From positions 203,512 through 267,511 of the forward strand of contig NMRA01000577.1 in assembly GCA_002633005.1 (NCBI GenBank): 64,000 bases of DNA. Reading direction: 5' to 3'. The translations under genes were made by a program, and so were the position numbers. Below the pieces are notes generated by a model. It made no database searches, was not told where the DNA came from, and saw nothing but the letters and a program-made list of their open reading frames with translations. Each line of letters starts with the position of its first letter. Within the stretch, counting starts at the first letter, position 1. Origin of the DNA: Phoronis australis. Its lineage: Eukaryota; Animalia; Phoronida. Of this stretch, positions 29,101 through 44,100 are shown one piece after another.

Positions 29101-32100
29101 CCTCTAAAGCCTTCTTCATGTCCCCCAACAACTTCTCGTTGGACTTGGAGTCTGGACAGGAAAGACAAATCCGCAGTATAACACTGGAGTAAAGCAGCTT
29201 AGGCCCAGACATGTCACCCAATTATTAACAATAATATAACACACAATCACAATAGCAAACTGTATAATGTACGACTGCTTTCACGATAGACAAACAATTT
29301 TCCTTGTTGCAAAAAGTCCAAAATTTTAGAAATTTAAACTGTATCGTTTCTAAAATTAAAAAGTTACAAATCTTCAGGAAAATCAGACCCTCAGCTGAAA
29401 TTGATCAACATGAGACAAACGAAAACCCATTAGTATTCCCAACTACCCATAAATCGCTACTCGGTGATAAACACTCATCAGTCTTAGTCTACCTGAAAAA
29501 AGTCATTGGTAATGTTGCTATAACCAACACGGGCCATTAGCACTGTGGTGCTAGACACATACAGAGGTCCTACCTTTGAGGGCAAGTTCAAACGTCTTCC
29601 TCTCCATTTCCATCTCTGTCAACAACTGAGTCACCTTGTGCTCCTTACTACTCAGCTGCTCCTCTATTGACCGCAGCTCCACCTCATGGCGAGACTCCCT
29701 CTCAGACAGTTGAACTTTCACTTCTTCTAAAGTACTACGGTAGTCGTCGGCAATTTTCTGCAACAAGACGAAGCATAAGAAAGGAGTGATATGTTGACTG
29801 TTAAATTCAAGTTTCTGTGGATGTCTTTCAAGACGATAGCGCTTGCAAGCTTGACAATATGATAGGTAGAATATGGTAAATCCCAATACAGTGAATACCT
29901 CCTCCTCTCAGACTCGGTAATTTGGACATGTGAGGTGCGAACTTGGCTGTAAGGCCATCAAAACCAGGCTTGTACCTCCCTTTGCAGAAACTTATCAATT
30001 TATCATATCAGCGACACCATACAAGGCATTTCGATAAGGAATAGTGTTAGCAGGGAATACTCTGGGTAACATACAGAAAATATGTTCTTCAAATATCAAC
30101 GGTTGACATAGTTTCTTCACCTTGTTAAAGGAATTGTGTATTATGAAGAAATAAAGATAGAAACTACTCTGCCGTTCAGACCAAAGTCTCCAACCAGGAA
30201 AACAATGTTTCCCATTGTTTACTCAGCCAGTCCTTTTTCTTCACTGCACACTGAGTAAGACACAATCACAAGGACCAGAAGCCTCCTACATTGCAATCAC
30301 GCAGTCCTTCCCTATTTCTTCACCGATACAGACACATTCACTCAGCCATTCCCCATTTTGTTACATAACACCGAGTGAGATACATTGCACTCCAAACACT
30401 CCCAGTAGTAAGCCCACCCAGTTTTCCTCACTAAACACCAACAAGAGCAATGCAGAGCGTTGAAATGTGCCCACAATTGCACCGTATACGGTATCCTTCT
30501 AGGGTTGTTTATTGGTACCATAAAGTGGCTAGTAGAGGGCATATATGTAGTATGTTGTACTTTGCAAAATGGAAAGGCATGGTCATTGTCTCCTCAATAG
30601 GCTAGAGGCAAAATGTGAGTGATCTTCATAATACAAGCACATCCTATACATCAGTTGCTTAAAGCACCACAGAAACATAGAATTAAAAACAAATTTACCA
30701 ACATACGAGATTAGCACAGCATTAGAATGCCAGAAACAAATTTCTACTTGGAACTTTAATTTCCTTCATAGTCACGAAGTAACACAAAGTATACACCTGA
30801 AGACCTATGAAAATACAGAGGTCAATGTAAAATACTAAAATTTCCACTAGAGGCATACCAGTAGTCAGAATCGTCCTAAAGTCGTCATCGTCCGTTGTCA
30901 ACATCACATTAATACACTTGCTAAATTTAGTAAACATCCTGCAAACGGTTTGGGAGATACAGCCATGGGCGCAAAAAAAAACTGCCACTAGGAGGCACCA
31001 CAGTAATCAAAGTCATGGGAAATTCAGCGTCAACCGTCCTCTTCATAGTAAGAACATACATGCCAATTTTCACAATCATACTTATAGCGGTTTGGTTGAT
31101 GGAGTGGACGCCAAAAAACAGACTCAAAAACAGTAAAAATGGCCACTGGGTGTCGCAAACTACATCGAATCCATCCGAAAACGAGAGGTTAGCGTCATCT
31201 CACTAATAGGTGCCTACATTCCAAATTTCATGAAAATCCGTTCAGGACTTTTGAAGATACAAAGGTAAGCGTAAAAAATTAAAATTGCCAGTAGGGGGCA
31301 CACCGGTAGTCAGATCCGTCCGAAAGTTTGCAAGTGCCGTTCCATTCATGAATGGAACATATGTGCCAAATTTCATGAACGTATGTCAAAGGGTTTTGGA
31401 GGTAAAGCAGCGGACGCCGGACGAACGCCGCCCGGACGGACGGACGGAGATGACGGCATAATGCGTCCACATATAAATATGTGGGCGCATAAAAAGCGCC
31501 TAACTACAACACCGAAGTCTTTCACCTTGTCCTCCATATTCCTTCACTGACCTAAGAAACAAGTAAGAAAAATTCACTTCCAGGACCAGTCTTCCACGAT
31601 GTTCCCACCTTGAACCCAGCCAGCACCTAATGAATATCAAGCAAGGCACATTCACTACACATCCCACTATATACTCACAGAACACTGAGCAAGGCACATT
31701 CACTACACACCACCCTATACTCACAGAACACTGAGCAAGGCACATTAACTACACACCACCCTATATTCACAGAACACTGAGCATGGCACATTCACTACAC
31801 ACCACCCTATACTCACAGCACACTGAGCAAGGCACACGTACCCCCGGACCAAAGAATCTTACCTTATAGTCAGCCACTTCCTGTTGCAGTTTCTTCATGG
31901 CCATGTCACTAGTCACTGCTGCATCACTCGATGCTAGAGCCTTCTGCTGCAGCTGCTTGTACTCCTGGTTCTGCTCGTCCATCACCATGGATGCCTGATG
32001 CAACTTCTTGCGCAGGTCATCCTCTCGTTCCTGTGCCTGACAAACAGAAGTTTATGATAAACTGGTTAGCACTGAAGCTCAATAATTTTCAAAGTTCCTC

Positions 32101-35100
32101 CAAAAATGAAACACTGGTCTGATAGAAAATGGAAATACTAAGAAGGAATCAAAACACTTGTTTGAAATATTTTTCAAACATAGTGATTGTCTCACTCAAA
32201 AAGTGAACAAGATAGATAAGAAATTGACATTTCAATAGTTATAAACTATTTTATAATCATCTACATAAACAACAACCATGAAAGAGTCCAAATTTTGACT
32301 TTTAGACTCAAACGACACAACTTAAAAATTAAACAAGAACGCAAAGTTAAAAGAAATGGCATTACCTTATTCAGATTGTCAGTTAGAGTCTCCATCTGCT
32401 GCTGCGTCAAATTTAGCATTGATAGTTTCTCTGACAACTCGGAGAGCTTTAACTCCTTCTGTCCAACAAGTGCTTTCGTTTTCAGAAGTTCCTTCTCAAG
32501 TTCTTCAACCTTGTTTTTCGATTTATCAAGTTCTGTCTGAAGTTGAGCATTGTCAATAGAACTCTTCACCAAATCATCCTTATTACTATTGGCAGCTTCA
32601 ATCTCACACTTCATACGTTTCATCTCACATTTCAACAAGTCCACCTCCGTCTCAAGCGCAGCTTTCTCAGCTTTCACAAGAGCAAAGCTCGACTGAATAC
32701 TTTTGATTTCATCATGCATGCTTTTGTTTTTAACATCAAATTTTTCACCATCCTCTTTCTTTTGACAAATAGAGTCTGCTAACTGTTTCTTCAATTCCTC
32801 AATGGAGGACTCTTTATCTTTCAATTCAAGTTCAAAAGCTTCACACTTCCTCTTAACATCCACTAAGCTAGATACCTCTTTTTCTAAAGAGTCCTTCAAT
32901 GCTTCCAGGCTGCTGCACTTCCCTTTCAAGTCTGATAACTCTCTCTCGTGTTCACCATTCACATCTTGGTCGTGACTGTGAGTTTCAAGCAACTCGGACT
33001 CCAGCTTCTTCAACTTCACTTTCATCTCCCGCAACTCATGATCTGTGTCAGACTTAGCAACATTCAAAGTTTCACAGATAACGGTCATCTTGTCAAGCTT
33101 TTCCTTGGCCTCCTTCAGCTCTTTCTCCAAAGCGTCCTTGACCTTGTGCAGTTCAGCGTCACCTTCTTCCATTTCACGGATACTCTGTTTCAACTCCTCC
33201 ACCTGTTTCTCGAGTTCAGCAATCTTTTCTTCGTGTTCTCTCACATATCCCGCCTGTTTATTTTCCGTCTGCCTCGCAGTGGCAGCGTCCACTCTAGCAC
33301 CAGACAACTCTGCTTCCATTGAAGATATCTGCTTTTGCTGTTCTTCTAAGAAAACATCTTTCATCCTCAGCTGATCTTCAAGTTGATTACATTTCTGAGT
33401 GTACCCGGCAACTTCCATCAACTTCTCAGATAGTTTTGAAGCATCACCATCCACCCTTTTCTTCAATTCTGTTAACTCTATTTCTTTTGCTTCCATTGCA
33501 GATTTTACACTTGACAACTGGTCTTCACATTCCTTCATCTCCATCACTTTACTTTTCAAAGTGTCTTCCAACCCATTACACTTCTCCACCAAGTGTTTCT
33601 TTGACTCATCAGTGTTGCTTTTTGCTAGAGACAAACTCTGCACTTGGTTGGTAGTTTCATCCAACATCTTCCGCAGATTGTCCGAGCACTCTTGCAGTTC
33701 CTCTACCTTACTCTTAAACACCTCGCAGCAATTTCCACTGGCAGCTTCTTTAAGTTGTGCCTCCAAAAGAGATTTCTGTTCTTCCGCAGATGCGAGTTCT
33801 TCCTGTAGTCGCTCGCACTCTGTCTCAACTATGGAAATCCTGTCCTTTGCTTCTTCACACAGCATCTTGTCAACACTAATTACATTTTCTAAATCTTTAA
33901 TCTTCATTTTCAAATTGTCAGCCTCATTTTCAGATGCCGGTGCTTCTTGCTTCAGCACTTGACTATCAAGATACACACACCTTATCTTTGCCGTCTCAAG
34001 CTCTGACTCAAGCTGGCTTACTTGATTCTCCAAGACCCTAGCCCGCTTCTCAGATTCCTCGTGAGATAACTCGGCAGTTTTCAAAGCATGAGCCAGAGCT
34101 GTAATTTCTGCATTGCACTCTTCAACAATCACTTTGTACTTACGCTCACTGACAGTCTCCTCTTGCTGAGACTTCTTACCCTCTTCTTCTTTTAATTCCT
34201 CGGTCTGTTTCATCAACAGATCAATTTCTTCTTGTTTCTCCTCAGCACCATCTAATTTATGTTTCTTCGGCTTCAGTGTCCTCTTTTTCCGAGAATGCAT
34301 CTGTCCTTTACCAGGGGTTAAAGCATCAGAATTAATTTCAAAGAGCTTATCAATACTGTCTCTCTCTCGTGAGGAACTATCACCAACATGTGCTTTATCT
34401 TTAAGCCTGTCACATTCTTGGCGACTTTCGGATAACTGTCCCTCTAGTAAACCAATTTGTTTCATCATCTCAGCCTGTCTCTCAGAGGCAGCTATGGCTT
34501 TTTGAGTTAGACTTTCTACTTCTTCCTTGAGTTTGTCGATTTCTTGCTGCAGGTCTAACACTTTAGAGGAGCCACAGCTGTCAGGGCCATGTTTACCCAT
34601 GGCAACATTGCCAGTGCTATTGCTCTCTTCATACCCAAGCAGGACAACATTTTTATTAAATATGACATCCATGTCTTCATCGCTTACTTCGCAAGTGGTC
34701 TGTTGACACACATTTTCATTGGTGACAATGTCCTCTGTCTGTGCCCAGCCACTGACACGGGGTGGTTGTTTCTGAAGGTGCATCTGTTTGTCTTTCACAA
34801 CAGATAAATCATGATCACGCTGCTGCAATGTGTTCTCCAGTAAAGAGATCTCAACACGTGCGGCTCGCAGCTTCTGTCTCTCCTTCTCCAAAGTTTGCTT
34901 AAGCTCTTGAATCTCACCAGCCAGCAGAATTTCAGACTCTTGTTCTATGCAGGCAAGCTCACCACCAGTCGTAGCTGAATCTGATGCCCTATTGCTTACC
35001 GACAATTTCGGTTTCAGGTTTTCGTCATTAGGATGAGATATCTTTATTTCAAGGTCTTTAATTGTTTGTGTTTTGATCTTCAAGTCATGTTGTAGCTGTT

Positions 35101-38100
35101 CAACATTGTTCTCAAGAGCAGACACTTCCACTTTTGCAGAGTGAAACTTCTGTTGTTCTTTGCTCAGTTCAGCCTTCACACGAGACAGGTCATTTCTCAA
35201 TTCCTTCTCAACAAATTCTCGCGAAGGAGAGGTTTCGCTGCCTTGCATGTGTTCCATCTCAATTTTATATTCGTTGACCTGAAATGACATCTCATCTGCT
35301 CGATTTGCTGCAGTGTCAAGTTGAATCACTAAAGAATTCTTCTCTTCTTCAAGTTGTTTTACTCGTGACATCAACTGAGACAAGTTGTCGGCAGGCTGAC
35401 GCGGTTCCACCTCGCTTTTCTTTGAGGACATAGTAGTAGACAGCTTGTCTTCAAGTTCCTTAACCTTGTCTTGCACTGTTACAATGTCACATTCAGCCTT
35501 TCTTCGAGCACATTTTTCTTCCTCCAGTCTTTCCTGAGTAGTTTTCAGCGACAACTCTTGGGCTCCAAACTTTTCTTGAGCTTCGCACAGTTCATTTTCC
35601 AACTCATGCAGAGTCTCCTCCATGCTTTTTATGGCAACCTCTGTGTCCTCTAGCTTTTTGCTTCTCAGTTCAATTTCCTTCAGACAGTTGTTACGTTCAT
35701 CTTTCAGAACTTGCAACTCAGCGGCTGTTGCTTTGAGCTCACCTTCAACTTCAGTTTTGCAGGTTTCCAAAGAAACGGCTTTTGACTCAGTCTCACGGTG
35801 ATCTGCTTTCTCCTTTTCAACTAACGCCTCAAGAGACTTTATGCGATCTTTTAAATCGCTATCACTCTTCTCTTCCCCTTTGTTCACAATTTGTTCTTCA
35901 GCTAGTTTTTGAGCAGACTCAAGTTTGGTCCTCAGGTCTTTCATTGTTTCCTCAAAAGCTTCCACTTTCTCGTGAAGAGCAACGTTTTCTTGGAGCTTGG
36001 CATCAAGACACTCTGCAAAAAGACAAGCAGTCGTCATTTTTTTTTAAATTGATGCAGCATTCAACTAAGCAATCAACAAAGGCACAGAATACTAACCTCT
36101 TTAAAATTTATACACAATAACGGAAAAATGCATAAGAAATCAAAATACGTCATCCTCATAACTGGTATGCAACTATAATAGAATCAGTCAGTAAGATTTA
36201 TTTCAGGCAACAAAGTCATAAAAATAATACAAGTAACCCAGAAGGCAGAGCATTCTATCTGGGTTTACATATAATACAAAAAATTATGGCACATGTTATA
36301 CTAACTGAAATTAATAACGGCCACATTAACAGTTTCATAGCTTCTGAACTACTACAAATTGATTTCAAAAGCAGTCAGCAGTGCCATGAGTCCAACAGTT
36401 ATATCATATCAATGTTAATATCATAATAAAGACATGGGTCAAGGTAATAAAATGTGCATTCTGTTGTGATTTGGACTGATTGGTATGAAGTTCTAAACTC
36501 AACAGCAGTAAATTTTTCAGAGTCAATAATTCTCCATATTGACTGCTCATTAAACCTTCATATTGACCATTGCTATGGTAACGCCCCCTTCTACAGAGTA
36601 ATGTGAAGTACTGGAAACCTCATCGGATCTTATAGTTCCTAAGTCACCACACTTCACCACTGCATCACCAGCAAGCATCCAAAGTCAAAAGCGTTTGAGC
36701 CTTTTCATGTCATCCAGATTCTTACTGAACTTTTGTTTTTAAATTAACCGTTAACTATAAATAATTCCACCAAAGGATCGCAGGTATACTTTGACACAAA
36801 CAGTGCGTTTTCATTGGATGAAATGTTCGTTGACTTTCAATACACGCCATTTGCGCGGACTTCAACAAGGAAAGTCATGCCGTAGGTGTCCAACATTCAA
36901 GAGGTTCGAAGTGTTTTGCGAGATTGTGATGTCGAACGACGCGCTCATGGAAAGCGCCTTCGTTTTTGGCAAGTGATTCTCAAGCTGCATCGCCAACAAA
37001 ACCAAGATGGAAAGCAGATCATTCATTAGCGCCGTCTAACAATTCGAAGCGCTTGCGGAAAGCACTTTCCTTATTAAACGCAAGGCAGCTCCTGCTCGAT
37101 GACAGTCAATAACTGTATACTAATGATAACACTGCTACTACTGGGTCATTCCGATGTGTCCCGGGTTCTGTGTCCCAGGTTCTATGTGTCCCGGGTTCTA
37201 TGTGTCTTGGTATGGTAGTTTTTTGGTAAAAATAGCCGTGTTCCAGAAACTGTCATGTGAACTGCGCACCCAGGTTAACATACCTGTAAGAATCAAGCCA
37301 CAGAACTTCCAATGACTCCAAATGGTTCGAGAGATATGATCACAAGTAAATTTTGCTAATTGAGACCAACAAATATGAGCTAATTATGCATGCAAATTAG
37401 AGTTAATGAGGTTGAAGTCTGCCTTTCATCAGGTTTGAAAGGGCACCTCAAAATGGTCATTTGGACCCAATGGCAATTTCTTATGAAACTTGCACATACT
37501 CCCTCTGGATTGAATGTTATGTACGTTTTTGGCTAAAGATGGCGGTTTTGTGGGAAATTGTCACGTGATCCTGACCTTGAATGAACTCATAAGTGTCAAA
37601 AACTAATTGGACACCCTAGTGAACATAAGAATCGACCCAAAGTTCCTGAGACTGTCAAATGGTTCCTGCACGTAGTTTATGCTGTTTGGCCAAATTATGC
37701 ATGCAAATAAGGGTTAATGAGGTCAAATCTTTTAGCCCTCTATTAGGATCGAAATAGCACCTCAAAATTTTCATACAGACCTAAAATAGCGATTGACCTT
37801 AGCTAAAACTTGCCCACTCGTCCGCTTAGTGCCTGGACTATAACACAAAAGACCGGGACACATTGAATCCGGGACACAAAGAACGCAATGCTACGTTCCA
37901 CCACTACTGCTGCTACTATTACTACTACTACTAGTAATAATAATAATCATGATACCAAAAATAGTGGCAATAATGATATGTAACGCTTATCATCAGGTAA
38001 TTCTGCATTGTAACGTTCTAAACCATAAAGAAATACATACGAGAATCGGTTATTTCTACTGAACTTCGTTTGTAATTAGTGGATGTAACTGATTCTCAAT

Positions 38101-41100
38101 GACTTCTAGACCATTTAAACGGCTAAAACGCAGGATATATAACAACAATAATAATAAAAAATGATGTTCTAATACCAAAACCCAGGGTGTGCAGCATCTA
38201 AAATTTGAGACACCGACGTTCAACCTGAAATAGAATTTCTCAATTCTGCAGGTTGGAACAAAAATTGGGCAATATTTCTAAAGTATTGGACACTGCGTTT
38301 TGTAACAACAAAGTCCAAGATAAATATCGGTGAAGACAGCTGCCGCCGCAACAAACTTAAGAATGGGTAATTTTTCTGTCTCTTGTAATTCCTGAATTTG
38401 TGACCGATGATGTGGCCCATTTCTGAAATTTGTTTCAAGCTCCAAACTTGAGCAAAATAATTAATTTTTGCTGTCTCAAACTGGAAAATTTTAAGGGACA
38501 GGCATTAAGCTTAGATCAAACATTGGTGATCAAAAGTAAAATAATTCCAAGGGGAGCAATAAACAAAACACATGCATTAAATTACCATGATTTACATTTA
38601 CCATTTTGGAAATCAATCAACTGTTTCTAAAATCCCGTTCACTAACCAAACGTTAAGAGAGGTAGATACATTGTTTGTTTTTCCATGTTGTCTTAACAAG
38701 AGCAACGCGGAGCGTTGAAATGCGCCCACAATTGCACCGCATACGGTATCCTTCTAGGGTTGTTTATTGGTACCATAAAGTGGCCAGTAGAGGGCATACT
38801 TTGCAAAATGGAAAGGCATGGTCATTGTCTCAATAGGCTAGGGGCAAAATGTGAGTAATCTTCATAATACAAGCACATCATATACACCAGTTGCTTAAAG
38901 CACCACAGAAACATAGAATTAAAAACAAATTTACCAACATACGAGATTAATACAGCATTAGAATGCCAGAAACAAATTTCTACTTGGAACTTTTCCTTCA
39001 CAGTCACGAAGTAACACAAAGTATACACCTGAAGACCTATGAAAATACAGAGGTCAATGTAAAATACTAAAATTGCCACTAGAGGCAAATACTAAAATTG
39101 CCACTAGAGGCATACCGGTAATCAGAATCATCCTAAAGTCGTCATCGTCCGTTGTCAACATCACATAAATACACTTGCTAAATTTAGTAAAGATCCTGCA
39201 AACGGTTTGGGAGATACAGCCATGGGCGCAAAAAAACAAAACTGCCACTAGGAGGCGCCACAGTAGTCCAAATCGTCTGAAAATCATTGTCAGCTGTCTT
39301 CCTTATAGTAAGCACATACACGCCAATTTTCACAATCATCCTTTGAGCGGTTTGGTTGATAGAGGGGTGGACGCAAAAATACAGACTCGAAAACAGTAAA
39401 AATGGCCACTAGGTGGCGCAAACTACGTCGAATCCATCTGAAAACAGTAGGATAGCGTCATCTCACTAATAGGTGCCTACATACCAAATTTCATGAAAAT
39501 CCGTTCAATACTTTTGAAGATACAAAGGTAAGCGTAAAAAAATAAAATTGCCACTAGGGGGCACACCGGTAGTCGGATCTGTCCGAAAGTTCGCACATGC
39601 CGTCCCATTCATGAATGGAACATATGTGCCAAATTTCATGAACGTATGTCAAAGGGTTTTGGAGATAGAGCAGCGGACGCCGGACGCCAGACGGACAGAG
39701 ATGACGGCATAATGCGTCCACATATAAATATGTGGGCGCATAAAAATGTGTAAACTTTAATATATGTTGTCTTAAATGTCACCCACTACTTGAGAAAAAG
39801 CAAAGAAAATTGTTTTTGAGTGACTAGATTTAATAAAAGCATATTTTAAATTTCCTAAAACGCTCACGTTTTCTTGATGGCATTTCCAAAAAATGCTGTC
39901 ACAGATTTAGAAGTCTTCCAAGTCTTATTTAAGTCGTCAATACACAATTATGACCATAGTCATCATCACATACTGTTTTTTGAGATTTAGCAAATACACA
40001 AATTCAGTCAAAATTCCAACTTCAAATCAAAATTTAAATAAAATCCCTGGTATAGATTTTAAGTTCAGTTGTATTAGATTTCATTTTTTCTATTCGTAAA
40101 AATTGATAAAAAGATAGCTGTGAAATAAAAGTGAGCATATTGCCACTACTGTGAAATATTAAACTGAGATAAACATGTTTAAAGTTTTGCAGTTATCATA
40201 TGCTACTCTTGGTCAACTTTCACTGAAAATCTGTGCATGTATCGTTCCAGTTTTACTGAACATGGTAAAAAGACACCAGAGGACACTTTCTATCCCAAAA
40301 TTACTAACTTTTCAGTTGGTGTATTGCAACATTTGGGCTTTTTTCTTTAAATGCGAGTGGTTCTCAGACCAAAGTCCAATATGTCTGCTTGGTCTGTTGT
40401 GCATTTTGACATAGGAAGCTTTGTGTGATGGTGTAATAATTGGTCAATTTGTGGTCTAAGCTCCCAAATTCCTACAGTGAGCTAATGTACCATTCAGGCC
40501 TGATAAGTAGGAATTTTCAGAGATCTGGTTAAAATGATGCCTAATGTATGCACTTTTCAAGTCAGTTTCATTTTGTCATGAACATGGAAATAAATAATGA
40601 AAGTTCTAGACAATACAAAATTTAAAAAATGTCAAAGATCCAAAATTCAATGTATACAACCTCCTTAATATTATTACCAATAAAGTGATCATTAGTATGG
40701 ATACAGTGGTCATGTTTGATGCGCATTAAAATTTTCAGTGATGCATTGTAATGAATTGGCACAACCTGAATGGCACACAAACATTACTGGCATTCACGGC
40801 TTATGTTGTTTTGCCACAGTAATGTAAACGAGATACAGGTAACTAGATTGACCCATGCACTTGATGATCTGTGGGTTGATTGAGTCCTCCGTGACAATGT
40901 GTGACAGGATCTTTGGCTTAATTGCACACTTGACAATTGCTAATTTCCAGAAAAAATCCTGGTAAAACAGGAATCATAGGATGTTCTTGGAAAAACAACA
41001 AGAGCAACGCAGAGCGTTGAAATGCGCCCACAATTGCACCGCATACGGTATCCTTCTAGGGTTGTTTATTGGTACCACAAAGTGGCCAGTAGAGGGCATA

Positions 41101-44100
41101 TATGTAGTATGTTGTACTTAGCAAAATGGAAAGGCATGGTCATTGTCTCCTCAATAGGCTAGGGGCAAAATGNGTTGATTGAGTCCTCCGTGACAATGTG
41201 TGACAGGATCTTTGGCTTAATTGCACACTTGACAATTGCTAATTTCCAGAAAAAATCCTGGTAAAACAGGAATCATAGGATGTTCTTGGAAAAACAAAAA
41301 GGTACAAATTACCGAGGAAACCTTTTGTTCTACAGGGAAGTGCAATTAAGCTAATTAGCCAACCATTTATGAAAAATGGGACATTAACAGGCGATAACTG
41401 AGAGGCTATCAAAACGCAAAACTTTTATGATTTTCATGAAAAAACTCTTAACGTTGCATAAAATGAATATGAAATCATTTAGAAAACCCAAAGAGGATCT
41501 TGGCAGAGGCAAGGGATAAGGGGGGCTCGAATTTCTGTCCATGTGGACCTTTTGCTGCAAAAAACATCAGGACTAAAAAAAAATAAAAAAAACAAGAAGC
41601 GTGCGTCTGCGTCTTTTTAGTGGACTTTTGTCTCGTTTTCCTGGGACTTTTTGTTTGTCTGAGGTGGACCTTTTTGCCCACGTCGTCAAATGGGGGGGGG
41701 GGGCTCATTTGAGCCCCCCCTGGGTGCGCGCACGTGAACAGGGAGTTAACTGCAAGCTTGCCACTTGCATGGTTGGTAGTAAGATACTGCCTACAGGTGT
41801 TGCGTCACCAGAGACTGTGAGCAGCAAGAGGAATTGTGGGTAGTCGGATACTGGCTACACGTGTTGTTGCATCACAAAGGACGAGCCGAAGTAAGTACAT
41901 TTAAGCAGTACAGAGCGTGTAAGTACGAGGATCAACCAACAGTGTCAAGTCCTACAGATTGGATTGCAGATGAGATGTTGATTGAAATTATCCTCACAGA
42001 GGGCACTAGCGCAGTTACTCTTCTTCATTGTTGGTCTAATTAAATCGCATTAATTAGTGGTTATTATATAATAAATCAATTACTGGATTAAATCATTCTC
42101 TCCATCCACGCACAATCACAAAGCATAGCTACCTTTTAAACTAAACCCAAAGACAACTTCTGACATATTTTAATACCATTGTGTTGCCATCAATGAACCT
42201 TTCCTCTTAGACAAATTTTACACGACCCAATTATTGTCAATTTGGCAAAAAAGTCCAAAATCAAATTCTACAGACTTTCTACTTTAAGGAAATATATACT
42301 TTTGACAAGTTAGAATCTATAGTTTTGTAGACATTTGGTTAAGTGCAATCTCATCGATAAGATTCTACAATAACCCGAAGTGTCTACAGTTATCATAAGG
42401 AAGGAATTTGTCCGATTTCAACTTTGAACACAACCACAGCAACTAGGAAGTGTTAATCACAGCTTGTCTGTCAACATAAACATTTTTTCTGAAGGATTAA
42501 ATGATTACATCAGTCTGGAGATTCATGTTTCGGTCGTCGACTCTTAATCAACATGTGGATAAGATATGTGAAGAGTGAACATTTACGATTTACCGGGAAT
42601 CACTGTGAGGACCTCTGCCTTTGATTTTGTCATATATCATAAAACCCATCAGACTAGCCATGTTTCTTTAGATATTTTACCACGTCAAACGCTAGCAACA
42701 AGGATTGTTATTATACAGTTTGGACAGATTATGTAACTATAAATCCACAAGCAACCAATATTTCTGAGTTAATAATTCGCACTATTGTCAGCTCATATCT
42801 TCACACCAATATATATGATATGGTAATGTCGTTTTGATTCCTTTTAAAATCTTTATAGCGAAGTAATGGACATCCCATTGTGCTTTGATCCCAACAGGAC
42901 ATCACAGAATTTTTTATGTCTTCTGAATTCTGATGTTGCGTTCGTTTTCAAATTGTTTGCATTTTAGTGCATTCATGATAGATTTAACGTTTGTACTGTT
43001 GAGCATAGATTTCCCGCAATGTAATTAATTGTTTCTTTGTCAATTCTAAGCATCTTCTGCAAGTTTTTAAAAAATCTCTCCACAATATTTTGGGTAAACA
43101 ACTTGTGGCTGACTGACTGAACCAATGATTGAAGGTCCAAACATAGCATACTTCCATGATTTGCTTAACGGATTGATTTTTGACACTTGGTCAAATTGAT
43201 GGTTTTCAGACCCTAAAAATGACCTTGGATCCGCTTCGGTAGTTATCACACAAAAACCAACATATTGACTCAGTCGATGGAAGTCAGTTACTGTAATTAT
43301 ACATCAATTTGGTACGGTATTTCCTGTAATAAGAATGATAGTCTAATTACAATGAAGAGATTTCAATGACACTTCCTCATGAGCTGCTAATGTGAACGCA
43401 AACAGTGTCACGTGAGAAAATCGAATAGAACCGGAAAGATCCAGTTTGCCACAAGGTTCACTGGGTACTGACTTTGGTTGCAATTACCCAGCCGGCGCAG
43501 CCAATAACCGCCAAACTGTCGGCCATTATGACAATTTTTCAACTCATCAGCTGAGCCTCAAAAGATTCATGTGACTGACGCATTAGCGATACTAATAGTG
43601 AATCTTTCCAAATATCAAGGCTATCAATGAATGCCAGTGCCATTTGGCCAGTGACGAAATCGATGATACCGAAGAACAGAGCTCACAGCTGTTGTCCATG
43701 CAGTCTCATCCAAAACTCCAGGGGTCCTACAGAAGAAACGGCTAGTTAATTTGTTTACTCTTGAGGCCAAACATTAAATATTCACCTTTCTTGGAAACTA
43801 GATAAAGCGCCTATGGCAGCAATGTTTTTGGAACGTCCTTAACTTTTGCAAACAGGAAATACGCTCACGCGTACACCGCTTTATTTTTGAAACTTTATAA
43901 CAAAAGTACAAAAATGTAAACTAATGGCAGCGTGTTTCTGTCATAAAAGCTATTTTTGAATTTGCTAAATGTGAGTATTTGATGCGGACCCCAAGAGTTG
44001 TAGATTCGAAGCAGAACTGTCAGGGTGAGCTGAAAGAAGACAAACAGCTGTATTAATCTACCATTTATTGCTTGTTGGCAAGTCATACAAAAACATGGGT

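Noticed and set aside
32295-35653. Plus-strand S/F/L-rich ORFs over the giant exon and other exons
   Set aside because: Antisense shadows of E/K-rich coding sequence.
32261-36037. 1258-aa ORF as a standalone myosin/golgin-like gene
   Set aside because: Bounded by canonical splice sites in phase with flanking kinesin exons; ORF ends are intronic.
41790-42120. Possible solo LTR
   Set aside because: Could not define matching termini or TSD.
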